A stretch of DNA of 64,000 nt from an uncultured Candidatus Saccharibacteria bacterium (GCA_964608605.1 CAZSOS010000001.1:117888-181887), one strand, 5' to 3'. Shown: positions 20,501 to 28,527, counted from the stretch's first letter. The notes: generated by a model from the letters alone, not told the origin. Translations and numbers: made by a program.

Positions 20501-21470
20501 CCCGTACGTGAAGATGTCGCAAGACGGTGGGGCGGTGGCTAGTATCATGGGTATGACCGGTGGTGCCAACATCGATCCTGAGGGTAATACCTTCACCGGC
20601 GGACACGATAATGCCCTGGTCTTGATCAACCAGTATGCCGGTTCAATACAGTTGGGTACTAACGGAGCTCCCCGGCTCTCTATCGTTTCTTCGGGTAATG
20701 TCGGCATCGGCGCCTTGTCTCCCTCCGCCCAACTCCACACCACCGGCACCGTCCGTTTCGCCAATTTCGGCGCCGGCACCCTCCAGACCGACGCCTCCGG
20801 CAACCTCTCAGTCTCCTCAGACACCCGTCTTAAAGACCTCGAAGGTACCTTCGACCGCGGACTCGAAGCCATCTTAGGCATAGAACCCATCATGTACCGC
20901 TGGAACGCCGCTTCCGGCTACGACCGTTCTACTCTATACGCCGGCTTCTCCGCCCAGAACGTGGAAGACTTCATCCCCGAAGCCGTGGGTACCAACCCTG
21001 ACGGTTTCCTCTCGTTGTCTGATAGACCGCTCCTGGCGGCGGTGATCAACGCGGTGAAGGAGATATACGGCCAATTGACGACTTTGTCCGATAAGATCGC
21101 TGGCTTTGCCGACAGCTTTATGTCCGCCAGCATCACCGCCACCGACAGGATCTGCGTGGGAGACACATGCGTTACCGAAGGTGAGTTGAAGGCCGTGTTG
21201 GATATGGTCGGTAGCAATGGTGGAGGCTCTAACGATGGAAATGGCAGCTGGGGCGGATCTTCCGGCGGCGGCGACACCACGACCGGTACTTCGACCGCCT
21301 CCACCACGCCGCCGGTTACCTCGACCTCGACACCGCCCGCCACTCCCGTATTAGGCTGTATGGACCCTCTGGCTTCGAACTTTGCTCCCGCGGCCACGGA
21401 GGATGATGGTTCGTGCGTATTTCCGCCCGCGCCGCCGGACGAGTCGGCCACCACCACTCCGGCGGAGTGA
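14571..21470 (+). CDS. giant secreted/surface repeat protein (2299 aa): N-terminal TM/signal, Pro/Thr-rich linker, tandem repeat modules, ~12 GNVGIGTTTP-type repeats, C-terminal phage tailspike-like intramolecular chaperone (peptidase S74-like) domain and Cys motif tail
   Basis: uninterrupted ORF; internal repeats visible at protein level; SSDTRLKDLEG...IMYRWNAASGYDRSTLYAGFSAQNVEDFIPEAV motif near C-terminus. Confidence 0.85.
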   Translation: MHQRRAAFIGGLSLFLLVLAICFCVGFVFSARQTPEENAVSSGVEKAEPVSFSPWRTLFCGLRSLVLWPCAEPTSLPEPSMPAPTTSIETRPVPAVDLDVATTSASTTSSSPSTQYITNETIVRPLEREIIREITIRDQAVDTSRFVTRTEYDRQVDALLRSIESKGGSTTIVDQGGGGGGPETDPVFIASAAFTITGGDLSDWNQAFGWGDHTQAGYLTSFTENDPLFSSSTAASITNTDVSNWNQSFASSSVLSISVSGLMASSSAWDQAFGWGDHSQAGYLTSFTELDPIFSTSPAFGISGTNISNWNSTYTTVTASSSQWGSAYTLATLLNSASSTWNQAYSWGDHSTENYIQQNTDATLDNATTTNLTTNTLTLSGALKTGLSDGCVEVAGGVLTSLGVACGTGGGGLTNLNGLTSSSQSFATSTSGGLSLNITSSGGVHTFSVGLQAGRTLPLTASTTEWANIRNLVNASSSQWGSAYTLANLLNSASSTWNAAHASTTALTPSYLRGLFNAGTGLSYGTTTGTFTNTGVLSIGGLSGSVATSSLGLGNNSFIGLSDTPGSYNADRVLFTNAAGNALTDSANFTYNGSSELLTISGNLATGYGISLGSSGGIYASEDILTAGNGINIIGTEHAVLRTGNAYVSLTDDGIDTFANIAGDGVQLYSHFDDITLHSTNNIILTGIGNVGIGTTTPSHKLTVAGNTLIAGNATTTGNLVVQGADIVLGNTGMGYISSASGGVLILGGASNGTGENLRFDFDISTGLDLDVVTVSSGTGANHLLFLMGLETMGNLKVGGNITDATWQGNDIDISDYTNLGVTATGLSLSGDNIALTAGYSIPLTSSTSEWTTAYSWGDHATQGYLTGLGTSTFNGNISMAGHIIPAADITYDLGSPTSMWRDVYIGPGSLYINGKKVLEDVSDTITLRTDHNQNLAVQTSGIGSIHVNASSTGGITMESISGNINITSASGNLNIGTTGSGQLNLGTINQGVWHGTDVDISDYTNLTVSATGLTLNNDAIELASGYAIPLTASTTEWMSARTDVLALTASSTLWDSFYNTPSSRLTAGTGLYWSGNTLNASSSADINYWTLSGGNVYRASGNVGIGTSTPAAKLDVQGSWLRLLNPSGGSSITSQSVGGEAIFAARNSANAWTSGVNTSGQYFIYDETNASIPFRIYPSSANSVMSINGSNVGIGTTTPNSKLHLADGYMLVTRSETASQPNFYQALNSSGSGFGLRYTEDAIGNIPADAWQFRLSGTNVSPLIFSTFDSTPILTMATSGNIGIGTTTPNAALDISSTATGAVTAAFFRSNPGGAGAANQNTIVLDNLQGSANFKNSIRLASNGALKWSFGNDYYGAGEQNFFIHDAVSNAARLLIDPDGNVGIGTTSPNSILNINTGLSGFMGLPAHGSVGFGNFSSGNTAPSMMARSDNSTALRLISLASNSNTDADMNFDVRENDNTDFATLTSQAFSFSRFGNSLLTILRSGNVGIGTSTPSAKLSVQGTIRAESVSSISTGSGVEINYNTGTGLGKIQAYDRDASTFKDLWLDGSTLTLATGGASRVTILPSSGNVGIGTTTPQATLHLGTYGATLRLNSPITGSGIYGYNDASGGLAYSFTRQSNDLHITGATGIGFQSNAGSGINTASTSMYISSAGNVGIGTTTPASRLSVFSTDSVIAEFTASSSAATRMKLNTTGSNKNVGLSLAIDGITRWTNAAYLPNGTNYDYTIWNDALNSPALLIDGDTNNIGIGTLSPAYKLHLASGTTTLAMVPWQSDDLVIQGGLAEQNGISIVNGSNKYLTFVDDNIGIGQIGYYWNGNMNFLTDGTERMVINATGNVGIGTTSPLTKLDVKGSILIDQGSNGRLIFNNYTSLSDHGPYIGYSTGNNSMDIVSGMNPNANGVGTGGIRFGRASGSSWATTMVIDGSGLVGIGTSTPTHSLTVGAVNSTVDRIIRVVSQNNVGLILEADTDNLTETHNPYVKMSQDGGAVASIMGMTGGANIDPEGNTFTGGHDNALVLINQYAGSIQLGTNGAPRLSIVSSGNVGIGALSPSAQLHTTGTVRFANFGAGTLQTDASGNLSVSSDTRLKDLEGTFDRGLEAILGIEPIMYRWNAASGYDRSTLYAGFSAQNVEDFIPEAVGTNPDGFLSLSDRPLLAAVINAVKEIYGQLTTLSDKIAGFADSFMSASITATDRICVGDTCVTEGELKAVLDMVGSNGGGSNDGNGSWGGSSGGGDTTTGTSTASTTPPVTSTSTPPATPVLGCMDPLASNFAPAATEDDGSCVFPPAPPDESATTTPAE

Positions 21471-21532
21471 TGTGGACAACCGCCTCAGGACCGCCACTAT
21501 AGGCGTTATCATGATCGTATAACCAATAAAAT

Positions 21533-22039
21533 ATGGAAATCGCATATATCATCAGCATGATCGTCATGTCCTTCGCGGTATCGCTGGGCGTGGGATGTTC
21601 GACTGTCGCCGTCACTCAGTTCTTCGCGGCCATCAAGGACGGCGGCATCAATGAGGCCGAGCGGAAGATGTTGGGCGTGGTGTACTTCCTGCTTAGGGTG
21701 GCCATGGCTGGCATCTTGCTTACCATGATCGCCCAGGGAGCGATCGTCTATTACATCTCCGGCAACTTCCTCTTTATCTCGCCGTTCTTCATGGCTCTGT
21801 ACACCGTGGTGGGCGTGTTGTTCCTCAACGCCATCGGTATGACCTGGCGCTTGATACCGAGCTCGCTCGGACCGGCCATTCAGGCCTCGAGCTGGTATTC
21901 GCTCGGCTTCCTCATGGCCCTGGTGCCGCTTGGGCTCACGGCCTTCACCTACACGCAGTTCCTGCTCGTATACGCCGGCGTTATGCTGATCACCATCGCC
22001 GCTCTCAATATATTGATGGGGTATCTAAGAAAGGACTAG
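21533..22039 (+). CDS. hypothetical membrane protein (168 aa, 4-5 TM)
   Basis: hydrophobic ORF directly downstream of giant protein. Confidence 0.55.
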   Translation: MEIAYIISMIVMSFAVSLGVGCSTVAVTQFFAAIKDGGINEAERKMLGVVYFLLRVAMAGILLTMIAQGAIVYYISGNFLFISPFFMALYTVVGVLFLNAIGMTWRLIPSSLGPAIQASSWYSLGFLMALVPLGLTAFTYTQFLLVYAGVMLITIAALNILMGYLRKD

Positions 22040-22050
22040 GGAAAGGATAG

Positions 22051-22086
22051 AAAAAGCGGCGGGGCCAGAGGCCCCGCCGCTTTTTA
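22051..22086. terminator. bidirectional terminator between convergent genes
   Basis: AAAAAGCGGCGGGGCCagagGCCCCGCCGCTTTTT. Confidence 0.8.
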
Positions 22087-22093
22087 TTCCTTG

Positions 22094-25000
22094 TTATTTC
22101 TTAGTGGCCTCTTTCGCCAAATGCCGGTATGACAGCAGCGGGATAAGCACCAGCGTGAGGAGGGTGCCGTAGATAAGGCCAAAGGCGATGGTGTACGCCA
22201 GAGGCGCCCACATCTCGGACACAAAGACCAGCGGCACCATGCCGATCATGGTGGTGATGGTGGTGAGCAGGATCGGACGCAGGCGGCTTTCGGCGGCCGC
22301 TAGCACGACCTCCTTCGGTCCGCGAGCCGATCCATCCGCCTGAAGATTGTTAAGCACGTCCAGAAGCAGGATGCCGTGATTGATAATGACGCCGCCGAGC
22401 GCGATGATACCGAGGAAGGCAGTCAAAGACAGTGGCTGTCCCATGAGGAAAAGTCCGATCAGGACGCCGGTTAGCGAGAGCGGAATGGCCAAGAGCAAGC
22501 GGAGCGTGGTCCGGAAGGCATTGAACTCCAGCACCAGCACCGCGAACATGAGCACTAGTCCGGCCACCAAGGCGACCATCATTTCGGTGAAAGTGCGTTT
22601 TATCTCCTCGTCGTCGCCACCGTAGGTGAAACGGACCCCTTCGGGAACATCGAGCGCCTCGATCTTGGCTCGGATCGCGGCCGTTACCTCGATGGCGTTG
22701 GCGCCTTCTTCCACTTGAGCGCTCACCGTACCGATGCGCTTACCATCCTCATGGCTGATAGCGGCGCTGGCCCGGTCAGCCGTGACGTTTATGAGAGAGC
22801 CGAGCGGTATGATGCCGCGAGCGGTGTTGATGGGCGCTCTGGAAACGGCGTCGATGTCGGCGATGCTGGCGTCTTCCGGCTGGATGTAGCCTGGATTTAA
22901 TCCCGCGATCACCCGGACCGAAAGATCGTCGCCCGCCACGCGGATCTTGGTGGCTTCGGTACCGGAGATGGCCGCGCGCAGGGCGAAGGCCACGTCCATG
23001 GCCGACAGACCGTATGACGAAGCTTTGGCCCGGTCGATATCGATCTGGATCTCGGTGCCATCACTGGAAAGGGAAGAGGTGACGTCGCGGGCTCCAGACT
23101 CGGCCGCCATCAGCCGTTCCACCTGCTCAGTGGCGGTGGCCAGCGTGGTGGCGTCGTCGCTCCAGACCTGCACCACAATGGGAGCGCCCGAAGGCGGTCC
23201 GCCGGCGGTCTCGGAGACGGTGACGCGCGCGCCGTTCATGCCCTGAAGCGGCGCTAGACGTCCGCGCAACCTATCGGCTATGGCCATCGAGGTCTCTTCC
23301 GTCTCCCGGTCTTTAGAAAGATTGACCGTGATATTAGCGATCTTGGCGCCAGAGTTGCCGCTGCCGCTGAAGGCGCTGCCGGCGCCGACGGTGGTGAGAT
23401 AGGACTCTACTGACGGCTCAAGGGCCACTATCTTCTCGATCTCGCGAGCGACGTCGTCGGTCTTAGACAGGGTCGAAGCCTGCGGCAATTCGATCTCGAT
23501 ATAGAAGAAATCCATGTCCGAAGGCGGAAACATGATCGACTTCAGCAGTCCCGTGGTCGGCAAGAGCAGGGCGGCGATAAAAGAGACCGTCAAAAAGGCG
23601 TAGAAGATCTTTTGCATGGGGCGGCTATCCAAGAGCCGTTCCAGACGTTCCCGGTACCAGCCGCTGACCGAGCGCCAGAGTCTCTCTCTCAGGGCGGCGA
23701 AACGGCTGACCTCATGCTTCATGACCCACATGGCGATAAGCGGCACGAAGCCAAGCGCCACGGCGATGGATGCCAAGAGGACGACGATGATGGTGAAGGG
23801 GATGGCCTTCAAGAATTGACCCATGATGCCGGTAAGGAAGAAGAGCGGCACGAAGACGGCCACCGTGGTCATGGTGCCGGCAATCAAGGGCCAAGCGAAC
23901 TGCCTGATAGCCTTTCGAGCGGCCGCAAGTTTGTCCAGGCCCTTTTCGCGGTTGGTATGGATGGCCTCCACCACCACGATGCCGGAATCCACCAGAATAC
24001 CGATGGCGATGACCAGCGCGAAGAGCGAGATGAAGTTGATGGAATTACCGGTGGCCCACATCCCCAAGAAAGCGATCATGAAAGAGAAAGGGATCGAGAG
24101 GGCTGACACAATGGCCTCGCGCAGGCCGACCGTGAGGAAAAGCACCAAGACCACGAGGATGATGGTGTCGCGACCGGCGTGCAAGAGCTCGGAAATGCTC
24201 TTCTTCACCTCCTCGCCGGCGTCGTAGATGATGACGTGATCAGAGCCAAGCAGCAGGGTATCGGAAAGCTCCTGGAGGCGTTCATGGACGCGCTCGCTGA
24301 CGGAGAGGATGTTGCCGCCGGAAGATTTGTAGACGTTGAGGTTCAGCGCGTAGGCCGGCTCTTCTCCGGCGTCGGAAAGCCGGGAGATGGTCATGGTGGG
24401 CGAAAAGCCGTCGACGATCCTGGCCACTTGATCGAGGCGGACCTCGCCGCTAGGAGTACGGACCGGTACGGCGGCCACTTCTTCGACGGACTTCAGGTCG
24501 CCGTTGAACTGCACCGGGTATTCGATCTCATCGATCCGCAAAGCGCCGGCGGGCACCGAGGCGTTGGCGCTTTGTAGGGCGGCGACGATGTTGGAGGTGG
24601 TGATGTTATGGGCCGCCAGGGCTTGCAGGTCGACGACCACTGAAACTTCCCGGGCGCGGGTGCCGGTAACGTCTACCTTGGAGACGTCCGGCAAGGTAAG
24701 CAGATCGTTCTGTAGATCCTGACCCAATTTGGTGAGGGTCTCTGGAGCCAGATCGCTCGAGATGCCGATCATGAGGACCGGTTGGTCCTGGAAGTCGATC
24801 TTGGTCACGGTCGGCACTTCGGCGTCGGACGGGAGTTCGCGCCGCGCGCCTTCGACGGCGTTGCGCAGATCTTGGATGGCGGTCTCGATGTCGGCACTGG
24901 CGATGAACTGGGCGGTGATCATCGACACGCCCTGGCGGGAGCTCGAGGTCACCTTGTCGATGTCGGGCACGTTCATCACGGCCGGTTCGAGCTTATCGGT

Positions 25001-25192
25001 CACCAGGCGCTCGATATCGGCGGCGGTGGCTCCAGGCAGCACCGTCGTTACTATGCCGATGGGGATGACCACTTCAGGCGTGGATTCCTTCGGCATGGAC
25101 AATATGGCCGCCGTACCCGAGGCCAGCAAAGCCACCATCAATAGGATGGTGAAGGCGCGGCGGTCAAGAAAGAAGTTCCAGAGGAAATACAT
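22094..25192 (-). CDS. RND-family efflux transporter permease (AcrB/HAE1-like), 1032 aa
   Basis: 12-TM architecture with two large periplasmic loops; typical AcrB-family conserved stretches. Confidence 0.9.
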   Translation of the reverse strand: MYFLWNFFLDRRAFTILLMVALLASGTAAILSMPKESTPEVVIPIGIVTTVLPGATAADIERLVTDKLEPAVMNVPDIDKVTSSSRQGVSMITAQFIASADIETAIQDLRNAVEGARRELPSDAEVPTVTKIDFQDQPVLMIGISSDLAPETLTKLGQDLQNDLLTLPDVSKVDVTGTRAREVSVVVDLQALAAHNITTSNIVAALQSANASVPAGALRIDEIEYPVQFNGDLKSVEEVAAVPVRTPSGEVRLDQVARIVDGFSPTMTISRLSDAGEEPAYALNLNVYKSSGGNILSVSERVHERLQELSDTLLLGSDHVIIYDAGEEVKKSISELLHAGRDTIILVVLVLFLTVGLREAIVSALSIPFSFMIAFLGMWATGNSINFISLFALVIAIGILVDSGIVVVEAIHTNREKGLDKLAAARKAIRQFAWPLIAGTMTTVAVFVPLFFLTGIMGQFLKAIPFTIIVVLLASIAVALGFVPLIAMWVMKHEVSRFAALRERLWRSVSGWYRERLERLLDSRPMQKIFYAFLTVSFIAALLLPTTGLLKSIMFPPSDMDFFYIEIELPQASTLSKTDDVAREIEKIVALEPSVESYLTTVGAGSAFSGSGNSGAKIANITVNLSKDRETEETSMAIADRLRGRLAPLQGMNGARVTVSETAGGPPSGAPIVVQVWSDDATTLATATEQVERLMAAESGARDVTSSLSSDGTEIQIDIDRAKASSYGLSAMDVAFALRAAISGTEATKIRVAGDDLSVRVIAGLNPGYIQPEDASIADIDAVSRAPINTARGIIPLGSLINVTADRASAAISHEDGKRIGTVSAQVEEGANAIEVTAAIRAKIEALDVPEGVRFTYGGDDEEIKRTFTEMMVALVAGLVLMFAVLVLEFNAFRTTLRLLLAIPLSLTGVLIGLFLMGQPLSLTAFLGIIALGGVIINHGILLLDVLNNLQADGSARGPKEVVLAAAESRLRPILLTTITTMIGMVPLVFVSEMWAPLAYTIAFGLIYGTLLTLVLIPLLSYRHLAKEATKK

Positions 25193-25277
25193 AAGTTAGG
25201 GTGAAGGGTATAGGGTAAAGGGTAAGTGGGGTTGGTGAGATCGGGGCGCGGCGGCTTCGCCGCCGCGCCCCGATCTC

Positions 25278-26600
25278 TTATCGAACCGTTACCGTGTCGC
25301 CGGCCTTGAGACCGCGCACGTCCTTGACTATCGTTTCGGTGCCGGTTAGACCGCTGACGCGCAAAGATCCGGCGGTGACCAACCCTGTCTCGACGGCCAC
25401 GCTATTCACCTTGCCATCCTCTCCCAATGTGAACACGAAGGCGCCTTCCGGAGTGTATTTGACGGCGGACAGCGGCAGGTCGAAATAGCTCTCGGTCTCC
25501 GCTCCGTTGTCAGGAACGATGATGGCGACGTCGGAACCAGGGTTGATGAAATCTCCGACGATGACGTTGAGGGAAGAGATCTCACCGGCAAAGGGAGCGC
25601 GGACCACGGTCTTGTTGTAGGCGTTCTGCGCGGCCCGATAGGCGCCAAGCGCTTGTTTTACCTGGGCGTCAGCGGCGGAGACGGCTCCGCCAGTGCCACC
25701 GATCTCGGCGCCTCGAAGATTCTCCTCGGCGCGGGTCAGGGACACCTGAGCGGCTTCCAGACTGGCCCGCTGCGCGTTTAGGGTGGCGCGAGCGCCAGCG
25801 AAGCTTGATTGCAGGCGACCCAACTCGGCGGTCGAGAAGACGGCGTCCGGCTTATGAAGTGGCAGCAAGGCGATGAACCCATCCACCAAGCGGATGAGCT
25901 GATCGACCCGGCTGATGCTCTGACCGAGGGCGGAGATGAGCGCGCTGCTATTCTGGTCGGCGCTGAGGCGAGCGCTATCGCGCTGCCAGACTTCGAGAGC
26001 TTGGCCCAGGGCGACCCTCTGTGCTCCCAGTTCGGTGGCGGCACCAACGGCGTCGATGCGCACGCCGGGGTTGCCGAGACGGGGATTGGAGAACAGCTCG
26101 TCGACGGTGTTGAAAAGCACCGAGTTCCAAGCCGTGAAAGCGGCCTGGTCGGCGCTGACCGCTCCTTGCTTGGCGGAGGTTAGGGCGGCTCCAGCGTCAT
26201 CGACGCCGATATCGCTGCGACGGGCGGCGGCCAAAGCGGCCTCGTAGACGCCCTCGGCTTGAAGTAAGGCGGCCCGCTGTGCCGCGTTGTCGATCTCGGC
26301 GATCACGGTGCCTTGAGCCACTCTGCCGGAACGGCCGACGCGATCCACGCGACCGCCGCTTTCGGCTCGTACCACGAAGGAACGTCCGTCAGCGGTAGGG
26401 GCGGCGATACCCAGGGCCCCGCTCTGATAGTCGGAAACGTTCAAGACCTCGACAGTTCGGACGGCCTCCTTGGCCTCTTCCTCGGATCCCTCGCCGCCGG
26501 TGAACAGCCAAGAGACGATCAGTACCAAGGCCAATCCTAAGATAAAAGCGACGGCCCAGACCGTCCTTTTTCCGAACCTCCCGTAAAGCTTTTGAAGCAT
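25278..26600 (-). CDS. efflux pump periplasmic adaptor (HlyD/membrane fusion protein family)
   Basis: N-terminal TM anchor, long Ala-rich coiled coil, C-terminal beta-barrel motifs; immediately upstream of RND gene on same strand. Confidence 0.8.
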   Translation of the reverse strand: MLQKLYGRFGKRTVWAVAFILGLALVLIVSWLFTGGEGSEEEAKEAVRTVEVLNVSDYQSGALGIAAPTADGRSFVVRAESGGRVDRVGRSGRVAQGTVIAEIDNAAQRAALLQAEGVYEAALAAARRSDIGVDDAGAALTSAKQGAVSADQAAFTAWNSVLFNTVDELFSNPRLGNPGVRIDAVGAATELGAQRVALGQALEVWQRDSARLSADQNSSALISALGQSISRVDQLIRLVDGFIALLPLHKPDAVFSTAELGRLQSSFAGARATLNAQRASLEAAQVSLTRAEENLRGAEIGGTGGAVSAADAQVKQALGAYRAAQNAYNKTVVRAPFAGEISSLNVIVGDFINPGSDVAIIVPDNGAETESYFDLPLSAVKYTPEGAFVFTLGEDGKVNSVAVETGLVTAGSLRVSGLTGTETIVKDVRGLKAGDTVTVR

Positions 26601-26741
26601 AAAATTATTCGATGAGTTTAACCGGGCAATATTACCACAAATTTGTCAAAAAGCAAGAGGTTTTGAGGCGGCGACCCTGCAACCTGCGCCAGGCTCCTTC
26701 TGGTGGTACACTGGCCCTCAGTCAGCTCTTAGGAGGCAAGA

Positions 26742-27416
26742 ATGTCGATGAAAGAGTATTGGGCCCAGGCCTTGGCTATCGGTCTAGTCGTGGCCGGCCG
26801 GATGGCCGTCGCTTACGGGCGCGTAGTGGTCGTGGGCCAAAGCCGGGCCGAGGAGGCTTTGAGGGCCGGTGGCGTGCTGGTTTTGTCCAACCACCCATCC
26901 TTGGCGGAAACGGTGGTGCTCCCGAGTCTATTCTGGCATTGGAGCACCGGCCGGTATGCCTCCAAGGTTCCGTGGAGCGTGGCCGACGACCAGCTCTTCG
27001 GCGATCGTCCGTGGATACTCCCGGCTTTCCGCTGCATTCCGATCAGCCGGCGCGACCCTAGCGCCTATCCGACAGCCCGGATCATGTACCAACGGCTGCG
27101 TGATGGCGGGAACGTCATCGTCTATCCGGAGGAAGGGAGAACCATCAAGGGGGAAGCTTTTGTAAAAAAAGGTGATCGCCGGGTGCGGCTTTGCCGTGAT
27201 AGCCCGTTGCGGGTGGCGGCGCTCGCTAGGGCTCTTATCCTTCCGGTTTGGATCGACCATCCGGCGGCCGACAGGCCGCGTTCGCTCTTTCGGGACTACC
27301 GACTCTTGTGGAGCGGGGCGACAATGAGGATCACTTTCGGTGTCCCTGTGCGGATCGGTCAGAACCTCGATGAATACGATGTCGCGGAGCTCTTGCTCGA
27401 TTGCGGCCGAGGCTAA
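26742..27416 (+). CDS. lysophospholipid acyltransferase (PlsC-like)
   Basis: VLSNHPSLAETV (HX4D/E block) and IVYPEEGRT block; AGGAGG SD upstream. Confidence 0.7.
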   Translation: MSMKEYWAQALAIGLVVAGRMAVAYGRVVVVGQSRAEEALRAGGVLVLSNHPSLAETVVLPSLFWHWSTGRYASKVPWSVADDQLFGDRPWILPAFRCIPISRRDPSAYPTARIMYQRLRDGGNVIVYPEEGRTIKGEAFVKKGDRRVRLCRDSPLRVAALARALILPVWIDHPAADRPRSLFRDYRLLWSGATMRITFGVPVRIGQNLDEYDVAELLLDCGRG

Positions 27417-27422
27417 AGATCA

Positions 27423-27455
27423 AAAGACCGGCGCGAAGCGCCGGTCTTTCTTTTA
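27423..27455. terminator. rho-independent terminator
   Basis: AAAGACCGGCGCgaaGCGCCGGTCTTTCTTTT. Confidence 0.7.
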
Positions 27456-27483
27456 GGTCGGGTTGAGCTATAATGCGAGGCAT

Positions 27484-27798
27484 ATGTTTGGAAATTTGAA
27501 GAACTTCGCGATGAGGAAGCTTTTAGAACGGCAACTCAAGAACGCGCCGCCGGAGCAGAAGGAGATGATCACCGCGCTTTTGGAGAAAGATCCGAAGCTC
27601 TTCGAACAGATCGCCAAGGAGATGCAGGAAGAACTCAAGAAGAACGGCAATAACCAGATGGCGGCCGCCATGAAGGTTTTACCTAAATATCAGACCGAGA
27701 TCATGGGCGCTATGACCCCGGAAATGCGAGAGAAGCTTCTTAAGATGCAGGGAGGAGCGGCCGGCCGCTTCAATCCGAACGGCACCATTCGACGCTAA
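27484..27798 (+). CDS. hypothetical helical Lys/Glu-rich protein (~104 aa); leaderless start after TATAAT at 27469
   Basis: ORF; gcTATAATgcgaggcatATG. Confidence 0.45.
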   Translation: MFGNLKNFAMRKLLERQLKNAPPEQKEMITALLEKDPKLFEQIAKEMQEELKKNGNNQMAAAMKVLPKYQTEIMGAMTPEMREKLLKMQGGAAGRFNPNGTIRR

Positions 27799-27910
27799 TT
27801 TGAGTATCAACAGGACCGCGTCATTGATACGACGTCTTTTCTGTTAGACTGTATTCATCGTTAATTTTGATTTCGAAATTGATTCAAAATTGAGAATTCA
27901 AAATTAGAAA

Positions 27911-28498
27911 TTGTTTCATATGTCTAAAAAAATCCTGGTGCTGCTCGGCCATCCCGACAAGGACACCTATTCCGGCCAGATGGCCGACCGCTACGAGCAG
28001 GCGGTCCGGGCCGCGGGTCATGAAGTTCGTCGAGTCAATTTAGGGGAGATGCAGTTCGATCCGATACTCCATAAGGGATACAAGGAGATCCAGGCCCTGG
28101 AACCGGATCTGGTAACGCTGCAGGAACAGTTCCGGTGGGCCGAACATATCGTTATCGTATATCCGAACTGGTGGAATACCATGCCGGCCCTGCTCAAAGG
28201 CCTCTTCGACCGCATGTGGCTCCCCGGCTTCGCCTTCAATTTTGACAAGGAGACCAAAAAACTGATCCAGCGTCTTGACGGCAAGACTGCCAGAGTGATC
28301 ATTTTGGCCGGCACGCATAGCCCATTCCAGACGTGGTGGAAGTTCGGCGACTACACCAACGAGATCCAATACGGCATCCTGGAGTTCGCCGGTATCGAAA
28401 CCAAGGTCTCGGCCTTCGGCCCTTGCGAAAAGGTGGACGGTGTCTGTCGCGAAAAGTGGTTAGGGCAAATCGAGTCACTAGCGAAAAGGGGTGCGTAA
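27911..28498 (+). CDS. flavodoxin-like NAD(P)H dehydrogenase (quinone) family protein
   Basis: KILVLLGHPDKDTYSGQMA ... YPNWWNTMPALLKGLFDRMW pattern of Flavodoxin_2/NQO-like proteins. Confidence 0.75.
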   Translation: MFHMSKKILVLLGHPDKDTYSGQMADRYEQAVRAAGHEVRRVNLGEMQFDPILHKGYKEIQALEPDLVTLQEQFRWAEHIVIVYPNWWNTMPALLKGLFDRMWLPGFAFNFDKETKKLIQRLDGKTARVIILAGTHSPFQTWWKFGDYTNEIQYGILEFAGIETKVSAFGPCEKVDGVCREKWLGQIESLAKRGA

Positions 28499-28527
28499 AG
28501 CCGGTTTTTCTGATACTCTCTGCCGTT

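Noticed and set aside
16630-20750. Regularly recurring GNVGIGTT-encoding DNA repeats examined as a possible CRISPR array
   Set aside because: The repeats are imperfect, of variable spacing (70-130 codons) and lie inside one long ORF. They are protein-level structural repeats, not a CRISPR array, and no cas genes are present.
26612-27061. 149-aa + strand ORF overlapping the start of the acyltransferase gene in another frame
   Set aside because: Arg/Gly/Pro-rich low-complexity product. The acyltransferase frame has conserved catalytic blocks and an AGGAGG RBS.
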